Of a stretch of 42,740 nt of DNA, positions 1-12,654 are shown one piece after another. The translations under genes were made by a program, and so were the position numbers. Each line of letters begins with the position of its first letter. The first letter of the stretch is position 1. The notes under the pieces are model-generated. The model saw nothing but the letters and a program-made list of their open reading frames with translations. It was not told where the DNA came from and made no database searches. The DNA comes from Octopus bimaculoides (taxonomy: Eukaryota): assembly GCF_001194135.2 (NCBI RefSeq), contig NC_068987.1, positions 30,650,082 through 30,692,821 on the forward strand, in the 5' to 3' direction.

Positions 1-1035
1 CCTTTTGCTTTTAATCAAGGTTCTAAGGCCACAAAAGCTGCTCGCGACATTTGTGCTCTGTATGGAGAGGGTGCCATGGCTGAAAGAACCGTTCGTGATT
101 GGTATGCCAAGTTCAAAAATGGAAATTTTGACCTCAAACATACACCTCGTTCTGGCCGTCCAGTTGAGTTCGATGAAGAGCGATTAAACCAACTTTTGCA
201 CGAAAATTCTCGTCAAGCGACAAGGTAACTAGCGAGAGAAAATGGAATGCTCCCACACTGATATAGGGAAGCATCTTCACTCGATGGGAAAGGTTCAGAA
301 GTATGGAGCATAGGTTCCGCATGCTTTAAGTGACAACAACAAAAATCAACGAGCCACAATATCTGCTGGTTTGCTAGCTCGTCACTCGTTGCTCAACTCG
401 TTACTGGCGACGAAAAATGAATATGATGCATCAATATGAAGCAGCGTAAGGAATGGTTTAGCCCCGGTAAACAAGCGACACCGTGCGTGAAACAAGATCT
501 TCATCCGCGAAAAACGATGTTGTGCGTATGGTGGGACTGGGAAAAGATTATCCATTACGAATTCCTTGAACGGAACCAAATGGTCAACGCGAAACTCTAT
601 GTTCAACAGATGGAGTGAATCCACACGGCTATTCAAGAGAAAAGACTTAATCGGTAGCATGCAGTTCTTCTGCTGCACGACAACGCCCACCCTCATATCG
701 CTAATATGACCAAGGAAGCCATTCAAACGCATGCCTGGGAAGTGCTGCCACACCCTCCGTACTCTCCTGATTTGACCCCAACAGATTTCCACCTCTTTCG
801 ATCTCTTTCAAAGGCTATGCGCGGTGTTTCGTTCAATACTGATGCAGAATTGAAAGCTTGGTTGGATCAATTTTTCGAGTCGAAATCTGGTGATTTCTAC
901 CAACGAGGTAATGAAAATCTTGTTGACCGCTGGGAAGAAGTTGTAAACAACAAGGGTGAATACATTATTAATTAATTATTAATTAATTAGTTGGTATTTT
1001 TTATTAAACCTTTTAAAAAATTTAAATTTCAAAAA
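1..1035 (+). mobile_element. Mariner (Tc1/mariner, DD34D) DNA transposon, inactive, cut by window start; 3' TIR runs into N gap
   Basis: Hand translation gives the HTH region (…ERTVRDWYAKFKNGNFDLKHTPRSGRP…), *VPHAL (WVPHEL motif, TAG at 311-313), VTGDEK* (400-420), LLHDNAHPH and YSPDLTPTDFHLF, with exactly 34 residues between the last two Asp. Several stops and frameshifts; transposase ends at TAA 973-975. Confidence 0.95.
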
Positions 1036-1178
1036 NNNNNNNNNNNNNNNNNNNNNNNNNNNNNNNNNNNNNNNNNNNNNNNNNNNNNNNNNNNNNNNNN
1101 NNNNNNNNNNNNNNNNNNNNNNNNNNNNNNNNNNNNNNNNNNNNATATATATATATATATATATACATACATATGTCA

Positions 1179-1328
1179 GGCTTCTTTCAGTTTCAGTCTA
1201 CCAAATCCACTCACGAGACTTTGGTTGATCCAAGGCGATAGTAGAAGACACTTGGCCAAGGTGCCTCGCAGTGGGACTGAATCCGGAAACATGTGGTGAG
1301 GAAGCAAACTTCTTCTCACGCCTACACC
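1179..1328 (-). mobile_element. SINE family A (tRNA-type head, internal microsatellite), 5' half
   Basis: Reverse complement of the head seen at 42566-42740 (…GGTTCAGTCCCACTGCG…GGCACCTT…AAGTGTCTTCTACTAT…GGATTTGGTAGAC…AACTGAAAGAAGCC), abutting (TA)n and the gap. Confidence 0.85.
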
Positions 1329-2304
1329 TCATGAATTATTTCACCGGAGCACTTGTACTTAGTTATGTTCGGCGCAGGACATAATGCCACCTACAGAGCA
1401 TTCAAGTAGTATAAATACACATACATCTATTTATTCATATTTATTGATATACGAAAAACGGACACGCGTATAGAGACACGTAAAGTGAAAAATGTTCATA
1501 GTGCCAACGCTACAATTTATTATCTCTGAAGATTCTGGATGTCTTTTATTTCTCTTCAGATGAACTATTTTGCAAGTTGTTGGTAACCCTTTATTCGTGC
1601 GTGTGTGGTGAGCTCGCCGTCATAATGCTAATGTAATTATTACAAGAATGTGAATATCAACAAAATTGTATATGGTAATGAATGGCCGCCGAAGATAGAA
1701 AACAAATCGCTAATTCCCAAAACCTTTATTAATGCCAATTTCATATAACACATAGACTAAATAACACAATGAGGAGCATTCTACAATAAGTTGTGTTGAA
1801 ACAATTAACTGGTTAGTTAGAGTTGCCATTGTAAAATGACGGCATTCAGCGTTTATTTCATTTGTTTCAGCAGATTTATTTTTATTTCGAAAGATAATAT
1901 AGTCTACAATGTCACATGACAATCGATTGTGATAGATATGAATGAGTAAACCAATGACAGAAAATTCTCCCCAAATGTAACTGAAATGACAAGTGTTGGA
2001 AAGAATTTTTCGGGGCAACTTTAGAAGTAGTGAGGAATTTCCTTCGTTCTCGCCCACCGATGAAGTGTATCTGCATCATCTGCATCATTCCGTACCTTCT
2101 TCAGGGAAATATCCGATTAGTTCTTCACCGCCTCCATGAATATATATATATATATATATATATAAAATTCAGAAAATTCCTGTTTCATACGTTTATTTTA
2201 CAAAAAATGTTGAGCCCGTGTTTCATAAATCATATTAGCTAAGTTTGAAGAAAAGGCAGGTATGATTGATGAAATCGTTTCAGTCTAAATTACAATGATT
2301 CTTT

Positions 2305-2314
2305 ATTATTGTTG

Positions 2315-2397
<83 letters not shown>
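2305..2397. repeat. (ATT)n microsatellite
   Basis: Directly visible. Confidence 0.98.
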
Positions 2398-2399
<2 letters not shown>

Positions 2400-3115
2400 A
2401 GATTGAAACGTGTTTGTAACTAAGATCCTGTGACGATGTAGCATTGGCACTAGCTGATCTATGAGAAAATTCTGCTTACTTCCTTGTTTTTCAGAGATTT
2501 TACTTTCATGATTAAATCTTAATCATCGTTGGCAGTTTTCAGATAATTCTTCAATAAGAGAAAAAACTATTGGATAATTTTCTGAAGAAGAAACATGTTA
2601 CTTTGAGTGCATATAAGTTGTCACGCCTGTCAGGACACTGAGTACACTGCATAAGTTATTAAAAGTCCTATTTTCATTACAGAAGAGAATAAAATCTGTT
2701 TTGCTAGTTATATCTTGATCCAGCCTAATGTCAGTAGTAACTTAATGCTGCCCATGAAGCCACGAAAGTACAAGATGGATTGATTTTCAGCGAGTGAACC
2801 CTGTCTTGAATTACCTCATGTTGCCGTTTATCAATTACGAATTGTCTTCTTATTTCTTCAGACTGTATAGTCTTCTTGGTTTGGTCACAATTACTAATAC
2901 AGTCGGCAACTTGAACAACGTGACCAAAGTATGCCTAGATCAGTCCACTGGTCACACTTATTTCAACCATTCTCTATACTCCAAGCATTGTCAGAGGCAC
3001 AGATCATGTCATACAATCCAGATCAAATTTATTGACATACACTTACATCTTCGTGCTCAGGTTTTCTCTGAAGGGTTGTTCTAGTTTCGATTTCGCTATT
3101 GACTGGCGTCATTGT

Positions 3116-3455
3116 GAAAGCACGTGGCTCAGTGGTTAGAGCGTCGGGCTCACAACCATGAGGTAGTGAGTTCGATTTCCGAACTGAGCTGTGTGCTGTC
3201 TTCTTGAGCAAGACACTTTATTTCACATTGCTCCAGTTCACTCAGCTGCAGAAATGAGTTGCGACGTTACAGGTGCCAAGCTGTATCGGTTTTTGCCTTT
3301 CCCTTGGATAACATCGGTGGCGTGAAGAGGGGGAGGCTGGTATGCAAAGGCAACTGCTGGTCTTCCATAAACAACCTTGCCTGGATTTGTGTCTCGGAAG
3401 GGAACTTTCTAGGTGCAATCCCATGGTCATTCATTACCGGGGGAAGTCTTTCCTC
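3116..3455 (+). mobile_element. SINE family C (tRNA-derived head plus CORE-like central box)
   Basis: A-box TGGCTCAGTGG, B-box GAGTTCGATTTCC, central CTTGAGCAAGACACTT…CTCCAGTTCACTCAGCTG. A diverged partial copy lies at 12655-12770. Confidence 0.8.
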
Positions 3456-3952
3456 TGTTTACGTCACTCTATTACAGTAATGTAAATATCTATCAAACTC
3501 CAAATCCCTGTTTTCGCTGCAACAATATCTAGGAAATTTCAAGTCCTTATGTCAGTTTTGGTTGCAACAAAAGCTACAGACGGTAAAATTTCCAACAGCC
3601 TCCATTTTACGTCTTCCATATTTTGTTTCAGTCTGTATTCCAGTTGCATTCCTGCATGGAATTGTATACTCTAAGTAGTAGTATGTATCAAAGATCAACT
3701 GTATTATTTTCTTACTCTCTTACATTCAGCCGATAATATTCGTTTTTAGGATTTCACATGAAATCTGACAGCGATATTTGTTTTCCCATAGAAATGTCAT
3801 TATTTGCAGATGGATATTTGCTTGATGATGACGTAAATTTGTTGTTGCAACTGCACATGCAAGTTCAAGCTCATGGTGCTTACATTTTAACAGTACTTCT
3901 ACTGAAATACCTTGTGAAATAAATACTTCCATTCATCAGAAGTGGCCGGTAC

Positions 3953-3970
3953 GACCTACTGCTGCTGCTA

Positions 3971-4056
<86 letters not shown>
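3953..4056. repeat. (CTA)n/(CTG)n compound trinucleotide repeat
   Basis: Directly visible; source of the poly-Ser ORF 3880-4110. Confidence 0.98.
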
Positions 4057-4057
<1 letters not shown>

Positions 4058-4298
4058 AGGCGGTGAGCTGGCAAAATCGTTAGCATACTGGCCGAAATGC
4101 TTAGCGACATTTCGTCCGTCTGAGTTCAAATTCCGCCGAGGTCTAGTTTGCTTTCATCCTTTCGGGGTCGATAATATAAGTTCTAGTTGAGTACTGGGGT
4201 CGATGTAATCAACTTACCCCTTCTCCCAAAATACTGACCTTGTGCCAAAATTTAAAATCATAATTAATTAATTAATTAATTAATTAATTAATTAATTA
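4057..4298 (+). mobile_element. SINE family B (Nin-domain type) with (TTAA)n tail
   Basis: AAGGCGGTGAGCTGGCAAAATCGTTAGC head, B-box GAGTTCAAATTCC, core GCTTTCATCCTTTCGGGGTCGATAA matching the Nin-domain core as I recall it. Many copies in the window. Confidence 0.85.
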
Positions 4299-4344
4299 GT
4301 TTTCGAAGGTAGTTAGTTGAAGAAAATTAAGAGCATTTATTTAT

Positions 4345-4505
4345 CATTTTTACGTTCTGGGTTGAAATCCCACCGAGGTTAACTTTACCTTTCATCCTTC
4401 GTGAGGCCGATAAATAAAGTAGCAGTCATGTTCTAGAATTGATGTAACCGGCTAAAACTTCTCCCTAAATCATTGGCCCCCTGCCTATATTAGATATTAT
4501 TATTA
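4345..4505 (+). mobile_element. SINE family B, 5'-truncated diverged copy
   Basis: TTTACGTTCTGGGTTGAAATCCC…CTTTCATCCTTCGTGAGGCCGATAAATAAAGTAGCAG. Confidence 0.7.
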
Positions 4506-4850
4506 GTACTAGCGTATTACCCGTCATATGACAATTAACTTTGGAAGTACACTTTTGCCACGATGGGTAATGTCAGGCAATATGGGATACAGAGACTAAA
4601 TATAATTTAACTTCTATCAAATTACTTGATGTTTATGCAAAATTACGAAACGAATACTAATTTTTAAAAGTAACAAATTTATTAGGTGTGTGTACACATA
4701 TATGAGTGTATATGTGTGTGTGTGAGTGCGTGCGTGCGTTGGCATGTGCGTGTGTGTATGTGTGTTAGTTGGCACGAGTGTGTGTAACGTCCTTTAGTTG
4801 TCGCCTATCACGATTTCAAGTATGTGCATTCATTCTGCACATCTTATGTT

Positions 4851-4893
<43 letters not shown>

Positions 4894-5849
4894 NNNNNNN
4901 NNNNNNNNNNNNNNNNNNNNNNNNNNNNNNNNNNNNNNNNNNNNNNNNNNNNNNNNNNNNNNNNNNNNNNNNNNNNNNNNNNNNNNNNNNNNNNNNNNNN
5001 NNNNNNNNNNNNNNNNNNNNNNNNNNNNNNNNNNNNNNNNNNNNNNNNNNNNNNNNNNNNNNNNNNNNNNNNNNNNNNNNNNNNNNNNNNNNNNNNNNNN
5101 NNNNNNNNNNNNNNNNNNNNNNNNNNNNNNNNNNNNNNNNNNNNNNNNNNNNNNNNNNNNNNNNNNNNNNNNNNNNNNNNNNNNNNNNNNNNNNNNNNNN
5201 NNNNNNNNNNNNNNNNNNNNNNNNNNNNNNNNNNNNNNNNNNNNNNNNNNNNNNNNNNNNNNNNNNNNNNNNNNNNNNNNNNNNNNNNNNNNNNNNNNNN
5301 NNNNNNNNNNNNNNNNNNNNNNNNNNNNNNNNNNNNNNNNNNNNNNNNNNNNNNNNNNNNNNNNNNNNNNNNNNNNNNNNNNNNNNNNNNNNNNNNNNNN
5401 NNNNNNNNNNNNNNNNNNNNNNNNNNNNNNNNNNNNNNNNNNNNNNNNNNNNNNNNNNNNNNNNNNNNNNNNNNNNNNNNNNNNNNNNNNNNNNNNNNNN
5501 NNNNNNNNNNNNNNNNNNNNNNNNNNNNNNNNNNNNNNNNNNNNNNNNNNNNNNNNNNNNNNNNNNNNNNNNNNNNNNNNNNNNNNNNNNNNNNNNNNNN
5601 NNNNNNNNNNNNNNNNNNNNNNNNNNNNNNNNNNNNNNNNNNNNNNNNNNNNNNNNNNNNNNNNNNNNNNNNNNNNNNNNNNNNNNNNNNNNNNNNNNNN
5701 NNNNNNNNNNNNNNNNNNNNNNNNNNNNNNNNNNNNNNNNNNNNNNNNNNNNNNNNNNNNNNNNNNNNNNNNNNNNNNNNNNNNNNNNNNNNNNNNNNNN
5801 NNNNNNNNNNNNNNNNNNNNNNNNNNNNNNNNNNNNNNNNNNNNNNNNC

Positions 5850-6062
5850 TTACTTCCTGTTTCTGTTGTGCCTGTAATTCAAAGGGTCAGCCTTGTCACA
5901 CTGTGTCATGCTGAATATCCCCGAGAACTACGTTAAGGGTACACGTGTCTGTGGAATGCTCAGCCACTTGCACGTTAATTTCACTAGCAAGCTGTTCCGT
6001 TGATCGGATCAGCTGGAACCCTCGACGTCGTAAGCGACGGAGTGCCAACAACAACAACAACA
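5850..6062 (+). mobile_element. SINE family D, 3' half, (CAA)n tail
   Basis: Near-identical to 41655-41856 (CTTACTTCCTGTTTCTGTTGTGCCTGTAA…AAGGGTACACGTGTCTGTGG…GCGACGGAGTGCCAACA). Confidence 0.85.
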
Positions 6063-6064
6063 TT

Positions 6065-6262
6065 TTAGTGAAGTATTGTAGTAACACCCAGGCCAGCCTT
6101 CGAAGTGCAACGGCCATGAGCGCTATGCATCTTTATAGATCGTAGCCGTGATTCTGCTGATTCGACAGTCTTCACTGCTCTCCCCTCCCATCTTGTTCTG
6201 ACCTCGATATCGGCCTGAGAGACTTTAGAGTTGCAGGAATCTCAGCATTGCAGCAATGTGAA
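6065..6262 (-). mobile_element. HERO-clade REL non-LTR retrotransposon fragment (post-RT region)
   Basis: Minus strand reads LQC*DSCNSKVSQADIEVRTRWEGRAVKTVESAESRLRSIKMHSAHGRCTSKAGLG, matching the HERO-type motif RDSxDxKVSxAGIEVRTGRKW…AESRLR…GRAGLG. Confidence 0.75.
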
Positions 6263-6486
6263 CACTTAAGAGACTGTGTTTAATTACAATTTTAGAAACT
6301 AATACTTGAATTTTCTCTATTTAATTGTCATAAATACGTCGTCTTTATTGTCTTCATAAAGCTAGCTCAACATGAATTTTTCTCTCATGATAATAATAGG
6401 GAGCTTCAGTTTATTATTTTGTCCATATAGGGCAATGCTGTTCTATTCGTTGACATCTCCCTCTTTCATACACACATGCACAAACA

Positions 6487-6489
6487 CAT

Positions 6490-6524
<35 letters not shown>

Positions 6525-6987
6525 CACNNNNNNNNNNNNNNNNNNNNNNNNNNNNNNNNNNNNNNNNNNNNNNNNNNNNNNNNNNNNNNNNNNNNNNNNN
6601 NNNNNNNNNNNNNNNNNNNNNNNNNNNNNNNNNNNNNNNNNNNNNNNNNNNNNNNNNNNNNNNNNNNNNNNNNNNNNNNNNNNNNNNNNNNNNNNNNNNN
6701 NNNNNNNNNNNNNNNNNNNNNNNNNNNNNNNNNNNNNNNNNNNNNNNNNNNNNNNNNNNNNNNNNNNNNNNNNNNNNNNNNNNNNNNNNNNNNNNNNNNN
6801 NNNNNNNNNNNNNNNNNNNNNNNNNNNNNNNNNNNNNNNNNNNNNNNNNNNNNNNNNNNNNNNNNCACACACACACACACACACACACACAAATATACCT
6901 ACCTACCCTGCCCTATCTACCTACCTACCTACCCTGCCCTACCTACTTACCTACCTCCCTACCTACCTACCTACATACATACATACA

Positions 6988-7018
<31 letters not shown>

Positions 7019-7070
7019 GCATACACAGTGACATACATAGATATATACACATATATATTTATATATATAG
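6487..7070. repeat. Compound (CACG)n / gap / (CA)n / (CCTA)n / (CATA)n microsatellite
   Basis: Directly visible. Confidence 0.95.
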
Positions 7071-7659
7071 CTTCCGCTAATATGAAAAAATACCCTGCCG
7101 TGTTGGTGCCTTTGTGAATAAATCCCCCACTGTCAACCTAATACCACGTACATGACTTAACGCTAGTAAAAGCTTGTTTACGTTTTTTTTTTTTTCTATA
7201 TGAAGATATCTTCTTCGTACCTGGGTAGATGAAAGCTGAAACAACCAATCCTTTTGAGTGTTAATAAGTACGAATAATGTACCTACTAGTTATCCTTTTC
7301 AGTGACTTCATATTTATTAAATATATTGTATAATTCTTACTGCAATACTAATTATACAGTTTTCGATTATTAAAACGTCAAAAATATCATGATGATAACA
7401 AAATTGTGATGTATATGTTTTTACAATAGCTTTGTGAAGACAATAAAGAAAATGTTATTTACAACAGTTAAATATAGAACATTCAAGTGTTAGTTTCTAA
7501 AATTGTAATTAAGCACAATTTCTTAAGTGTCGCATTGCCAACCTTCAGTATGCTCGTGTACTTGTCTAGTTTCTACACTCATGCAAAAATTTCAGTTCAG
7601 ACTTCTTTATTGTTATCGTTTTCATGGCAATGAAATATGTCATTAACAGAGCTTATAGC

Positions 7660-7910
7660 CTTAACGGAGAATTTTGCTTCTCACAATATAGAAATATTTC
7701 AGGTGGCACCAGCAGACAAAATGGAAAACGTGTTGCCACGGAAGATAGCGAGAGAGATGCCTTGCAACAGCCACTCTGACTCATGGCGCTCGCGTTTGTG
7801 GACAGCAATCTCCGTCCTGATAGCGGTGAGCAGGAATATGGGCCAAGGGCCACGAACGCCGGAGTTCTCAACTGCCACAGGCTCGACCATACACCTGTCG
7901 GGGAGTGACC
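7660..7910 (-). mobile_element. CRE-clade REL non-LTR retrotransposon, 3' end of ORF
   Basis: ORF 7699-7890(-) VEPVAVENSGVRGP…ESEWLLQGISLAIFRGNTFSILSAG matches the CRE C-terminal REL signature FxPxAVETxGxxG…QRISxAIxRGNAxSIL. Confidence 0.75.
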
Positions 7911-8784
7911 GATACCTTGATAGTTTTTTTTTTTTTTTTACTTTTCTCAGCCTGAGTTTGATTTACATTTATCATTAATAACATCGCAAAAAAATAAAAA
8001 TTTTATTGGATGAAGGTGAAGTCTGACGATTGCGGTTTTCATTCGATTGTACAACATTGAGTTATCCATTTATGGAGTAAATTCATTACCAAGTATCTCA
8101 AGTACTGTTAAAGTACACAGGGGGTGTGGGTAGGAAAAGCCACGTTTGACAAAAGAAATTTTTATTCTATTTTTGTACACATTCTACACACACACACACA
8201 CACACATACACACACACACACACACGGAGGGTTGCTAGAAGGCTTGCAGGACAAAGCAAATTGTGTTAAGAAGTAGGATAGCAACAACGAACAATCAACT
8301 ATTTAGCAATACCGCAAGGTATTAGAAACTCATGGTTGGTGTCCGGCTCACCGGGAGTGAGGCGCCTCTTGGTTCACGTTAAAGCACGTCTTTAGAAGGT
8401 TACTCTGACATAGAGTACATTGTGTAGGAAATGTTCCTGATTATTTTGGAGACCTACAGCACCATCTGAAGATAATGACACTCTCAGATTCTCGAACCTT
8501 CTACCATTTTTAACACCAGATATCTTGCGTCGGTTTGTCTCTAGATCGTGCTAATGGGGTGGATAAGGTTTATGAGATATTATGTAAACCTTATCGTGTA
8601 AACCTAAAGCGCTGCGCAAGCGCTGTTGATTGTTCTTTTGATAGACAATGGCAGTGTCCCTTGGATATGAGTGAATAGCCACAACACCCACAACACGCTC
8701 ACACATTCATGTACCACATGTACAAACACGTACACACACACTAATATGTATCCCTTACGTTTTGTTTGGACAATAAAGTCCCTA

Positions 8785-9780
<996 letters not shown>

Positions 9781-9789
9781 GACATTCAC

Positions 9790-10045
9790 AATATCACTCT
9801 GTGAAAGCCTAACTGAACGACGAGGTGTCAGTACTATATAGGAATGACAGCAAATTCAAACAACGCTACTTTAACCATATTTCGCCCATCATGTACGAGA
9901 GCAAAGCAGACCGTATATAAATGGAACAAAATGATGCAATTTATGCGCAGAATCTTATATTGGAAAAATATTGCAAATTACCTAAATACAAGATCTGAAC
10001 TTTTCACGTGGCATCGCTACTTCGATAAATTACTGAATATATTTT
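9790..10045 (+). mobile_element. Penelope-like element 2, GIY-YIG C-terminal region of a different family (possibly Naiad-type)
   Basis: YYIGMTA at 9832-9852, then frameshifted KQRYFNH, NGTK*CNLC (9935-9946 = CNLC) and LNTRSELFTWHRYFDKLL, resembling the YIGxT…FKxRYxNH…CxLCxxEK…LNxRSE…CRH…KxLL motif set. Confidence 0.7.
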
Positions 10046-10633
10046 AGAAATTCACAGAGTCACCGACTGAAACAGATAAGCTTTAAACCAATGATTCTCA
10101 ACCATTTTTTGCCTATTGATTCCTTTTTTATCCTTTGATTCCTATTTTATTTGAATGAACCCTCACAGCCATTCAATGTTTAAAAGTCCTATTATATTTT
10201 TATAATTAAATATTATTAGGAATTGTGTAGAAAAATTGTTAAAATATTTTGTGTTTTGTAGAAGTATAACCAATTTATTGCAGATAAACTCTAACAACAA
10301 AATCTCATATGGACTCCTACGGGTCATATGGATCCCGGTTAAGAACCACTGCTTTAAACAAATGGTTGAACTCATTTTACTCTGTAACCCTGTTATGTGA
10401 CAACACTCCTATTTTAAAACCTACTCATATTATAACTTAATTTGATTGATCATATAAACATCAGCTAACAACGGATATGACTCAGGGGAGTTCAGCTTTC
10501 GCCAATGAGCAACTAAATACTTCGTTTAGATTTAGTTCTTCAACATAAGACTTAGTGTAATGAAATTGAAATGGATACAAGGATTATATAAATATCAATA
10601 TACAATGTGAAAAATTAGAAAATCTGTACTTAC

Positions 10634-10932
10634 TGATAGGTCTTTGAATGTTTCCTTAAACGTAGATTACTGAACTCATGTAAAGAACCTAACACTTGTG
10701 GTTCAGCAGAAATTCCTTGAGCTCGAACTTTACGCGGTCCTGCAACCACACATGTTGGAATCGCAGTAGACAGAGGTAGAACAGATTGGTATTTATCCAA
10801 TTGGCTGCGAAGTTCTTCTATTATGTGATCTTTTTCGTTGAGTTTTTTCTTTTGGTTATGAATAATAATCTCTTTGGTAACTAAAATTTCCTTCAACTCA
10901 CGCAAACGATCCTCTAGTGTTTCCGCAGACAT
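10634..10932 (-). CDS. PRKG1: cGMP-dependent protein kinase (PKG I / foraging), first coding exon: leucine-zipper dimerisation domain plus autoinhibitory segment
   Basis: MSAETLEDRLRELKEILVTKEIIIHNQKKKLNEKDHIIEELRSQLDKYQSVL…PRKVRAQGISAEPQ… shows heptad leucines, the ELxxQLDKYxSV motif and the RAQGISAEP pseudosubstrate of PKG I. ACC-ATG context with an upstream in-frame TAA. Ends at TATCA|GTAAGT (donor 10633-10628), 299 nt, phase 2. The supplied ORF's stop is intronic. Confidence 0.92.
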
Positions 10933-11371
10933 GGTCTTAGATTTTTCGGAAAGTTAAATATAACAATATAATTCAACGGTTGAATGGACGGTTACAGTTG
11001 ATGAGTTTCATATATTTAGTGGTGCATTTTATCGTCACCTTTCTTTGAATCCAGCCATAGAAAACGAGATCTCTGCTGATAAACCTACCATTTTCACCTC
11101 ACTTCTCTCCACAAAATGTGTTGCTTGTAAAAATATTTTAAACAGTAATTTTAAAGATTATATATAATATCGATAAATACAGCCCCTCGATCGTTATTCT
11201 TTCCCCTTATTTGACATAATCTCTTTGACACACTTTTTTTTTTCTTTTTTTGAAATATAATCTGTAGAAATTTGGTTCGTTTGTGCCTGTCTTCTTTGAA
11301 GCCGTCAGCCGAAGAAATTTGCCTCAAAATATCTAAGCTTTAAGAAAATACTGTTACATATAGATAGATAT

Positions 11372-11560
11372 ACAGGTGCAGGCAATTGTGTAATCCCGAG
11401 GTTCTGTTTGCAACTACGTAGTTTCAGATCAGAACCCTCTGTGCGGCACCATAGACAAGTGTCTTCTTACTCCTAGCCTCTGGTCGATCAATATCTTAGG
11501 ATTGGAATTCGGTAAACGGAAATTGTGCTGAAACCCGTCGTAAATATGTGAGTGTGTGTG
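11372..11560 (+). mobile_element. SINE family A, old diverged 5' half followed by (TG)n
   Basis: …GGCACCATAGACAAGTGTCTTCTTACT…GGTAAACGGAAATTGTGCTGAAACCCGTCGTAAATATGTG. Confidence 0.65.
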
Positions 11561-11628
11561 TGTGTGTGTGCAGACGTATGTATGCGTATCGGTGTGTATG
11601 TATTACGTGTTTGTGTACGTATTTGTGC

Positions 11629-11660
<32 letters not shown>

Positions 11661-11879
11661 GTGTTACTTTTTAATTTGTGCGCATGTTCATTTCATAAGG
11701 TTTTAAGCAGATGTCTAAAATTCCCTTTCTGTCAACATGCCTGTTTACATTGCTATTCATAGCAGCCATATCGAACAGTTATACAGCTTCGACCAACTCG
11801 CATCTTGGGTTGTTTTTGTCTTTCCAATGTAACTCCAGTTCCGTAATGGTGATACAGATGATACTCGTTGTTGTTGTTG

Positions 11880-11950
11880 TTTAACCCCAGGCCAGTTTTG
11901 TTCTAGTGGACCGATGATAAAAAACGCTCTAGCTGTGACCATTCAGTTCT
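11880..11950 (+). repeat. Short dispersed repeat fragment (related copy at 26395-26470)
   Basis: Shared diverged frame AACCC…GA(C/T)C…ATGAT/TGGTCAAA..CG.TC.AG.(T/A)TGA(C/T)C…; family unidentified. Confidence 0.4.
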
Positions 11951-12499
11951 AGTGATAATGTTTGTAGTTGGAGTGAACAATATCTCACCATTGAATATCA
12001 TCTTCGTTCATGTTCCAATAAAATGAATGGTTACCAGGACAACAACAAATAGTTATCTCATGACAATTGTATTTGATTCTGAAATGATAAGAAAAAATAA
12101 TAGTAAATAAAAATTTCTTTGAGACCGCTTAGAAACACGAACAAAAACGTCAAAACAAAAAATAGGAGTATAAAATAGCCATTACAACAACAACACATCA
12201 AATGAGAGAGAAGAACTGAACAAACTGTTTGTTAAAATGTACGCATGTGTGTTTAAGAGAGGGATAGATAGATATAAAGGTAGGTGGCATTTGATGACTT
12301 CATCTTACATAACATCCATAGGTGTACTCCCTGAAGCCATGGAAACACTGGTCATTTGCACATTTCTCCACCTGTTTACAGCAGTAATTTATGACAAGCT
12401 TTTAATCACATTCGTGTAGCTAGAGAGGCTCATTTGAAGGTGAATTTTCTCTTTACATTTTGTTTCTATGTGAGTTCACATCATTTTAGACCTGACTTT

Positions 12500-12610
12500 G
12501 AGGTGAACTGGCAAAATCGTTAGAGCACTGGATAAACATTCGCGTGGTATTTATTTCAATTCTGAGCTCTGTGTTCAAATCCGAACGCGGTCAACTTTGT
12601 CGTTCATTCT
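12500..12610 (+). mobile_element. SINE family B, 5' fragment
   Basis: GAGGTGAACTGGCAAAATCGTTAG…GTGTTCAAATCC…GGTCAACTTTG. Confidence 0.7.
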
Positions 12611-12654
12611 TCTGTCTCACTGCGTTCTTGCAGCAAGACCTGCCACGACACTGC

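Noticed and set aside
1710-2130. ORF 1710-2057(-) or neighbouring frames as a further PKG exon
   Set aside because: No similarity to PKG cyclic-nucleotide-binding or kinase motifs in any frame that I translated.
3116-3190. tRNA genes at SINE heads (also 41476-41545 and 42566-42640)
   Set aside because: A/B boxes are present, but there is no closed acceptor stem and each continues into a SINE body.
7703-7825. Apparent 123-nt plus-strand exon (TTTCAG|…|GTGAGC) within ORF 7637-7978
   Set aside because: The opposite strand is fully explained by a CRE retrotransposon C-terminus; the splice-like sites are probably coincidental.
10040-10085. AGTC-ACC-GACT-GAAAC after the second Penelope fragment as a hammerhead
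   Set aside because: No CUGANGA box, and an extra nucleotide before GAAA.
12290-12400. Possible 63-nt non-coding PKG leader exon on the minus strand (AAACAG|…|GTAAGA)
   Set aside because: Weak polypyrimidine tract; cannot be supported without transcript data.
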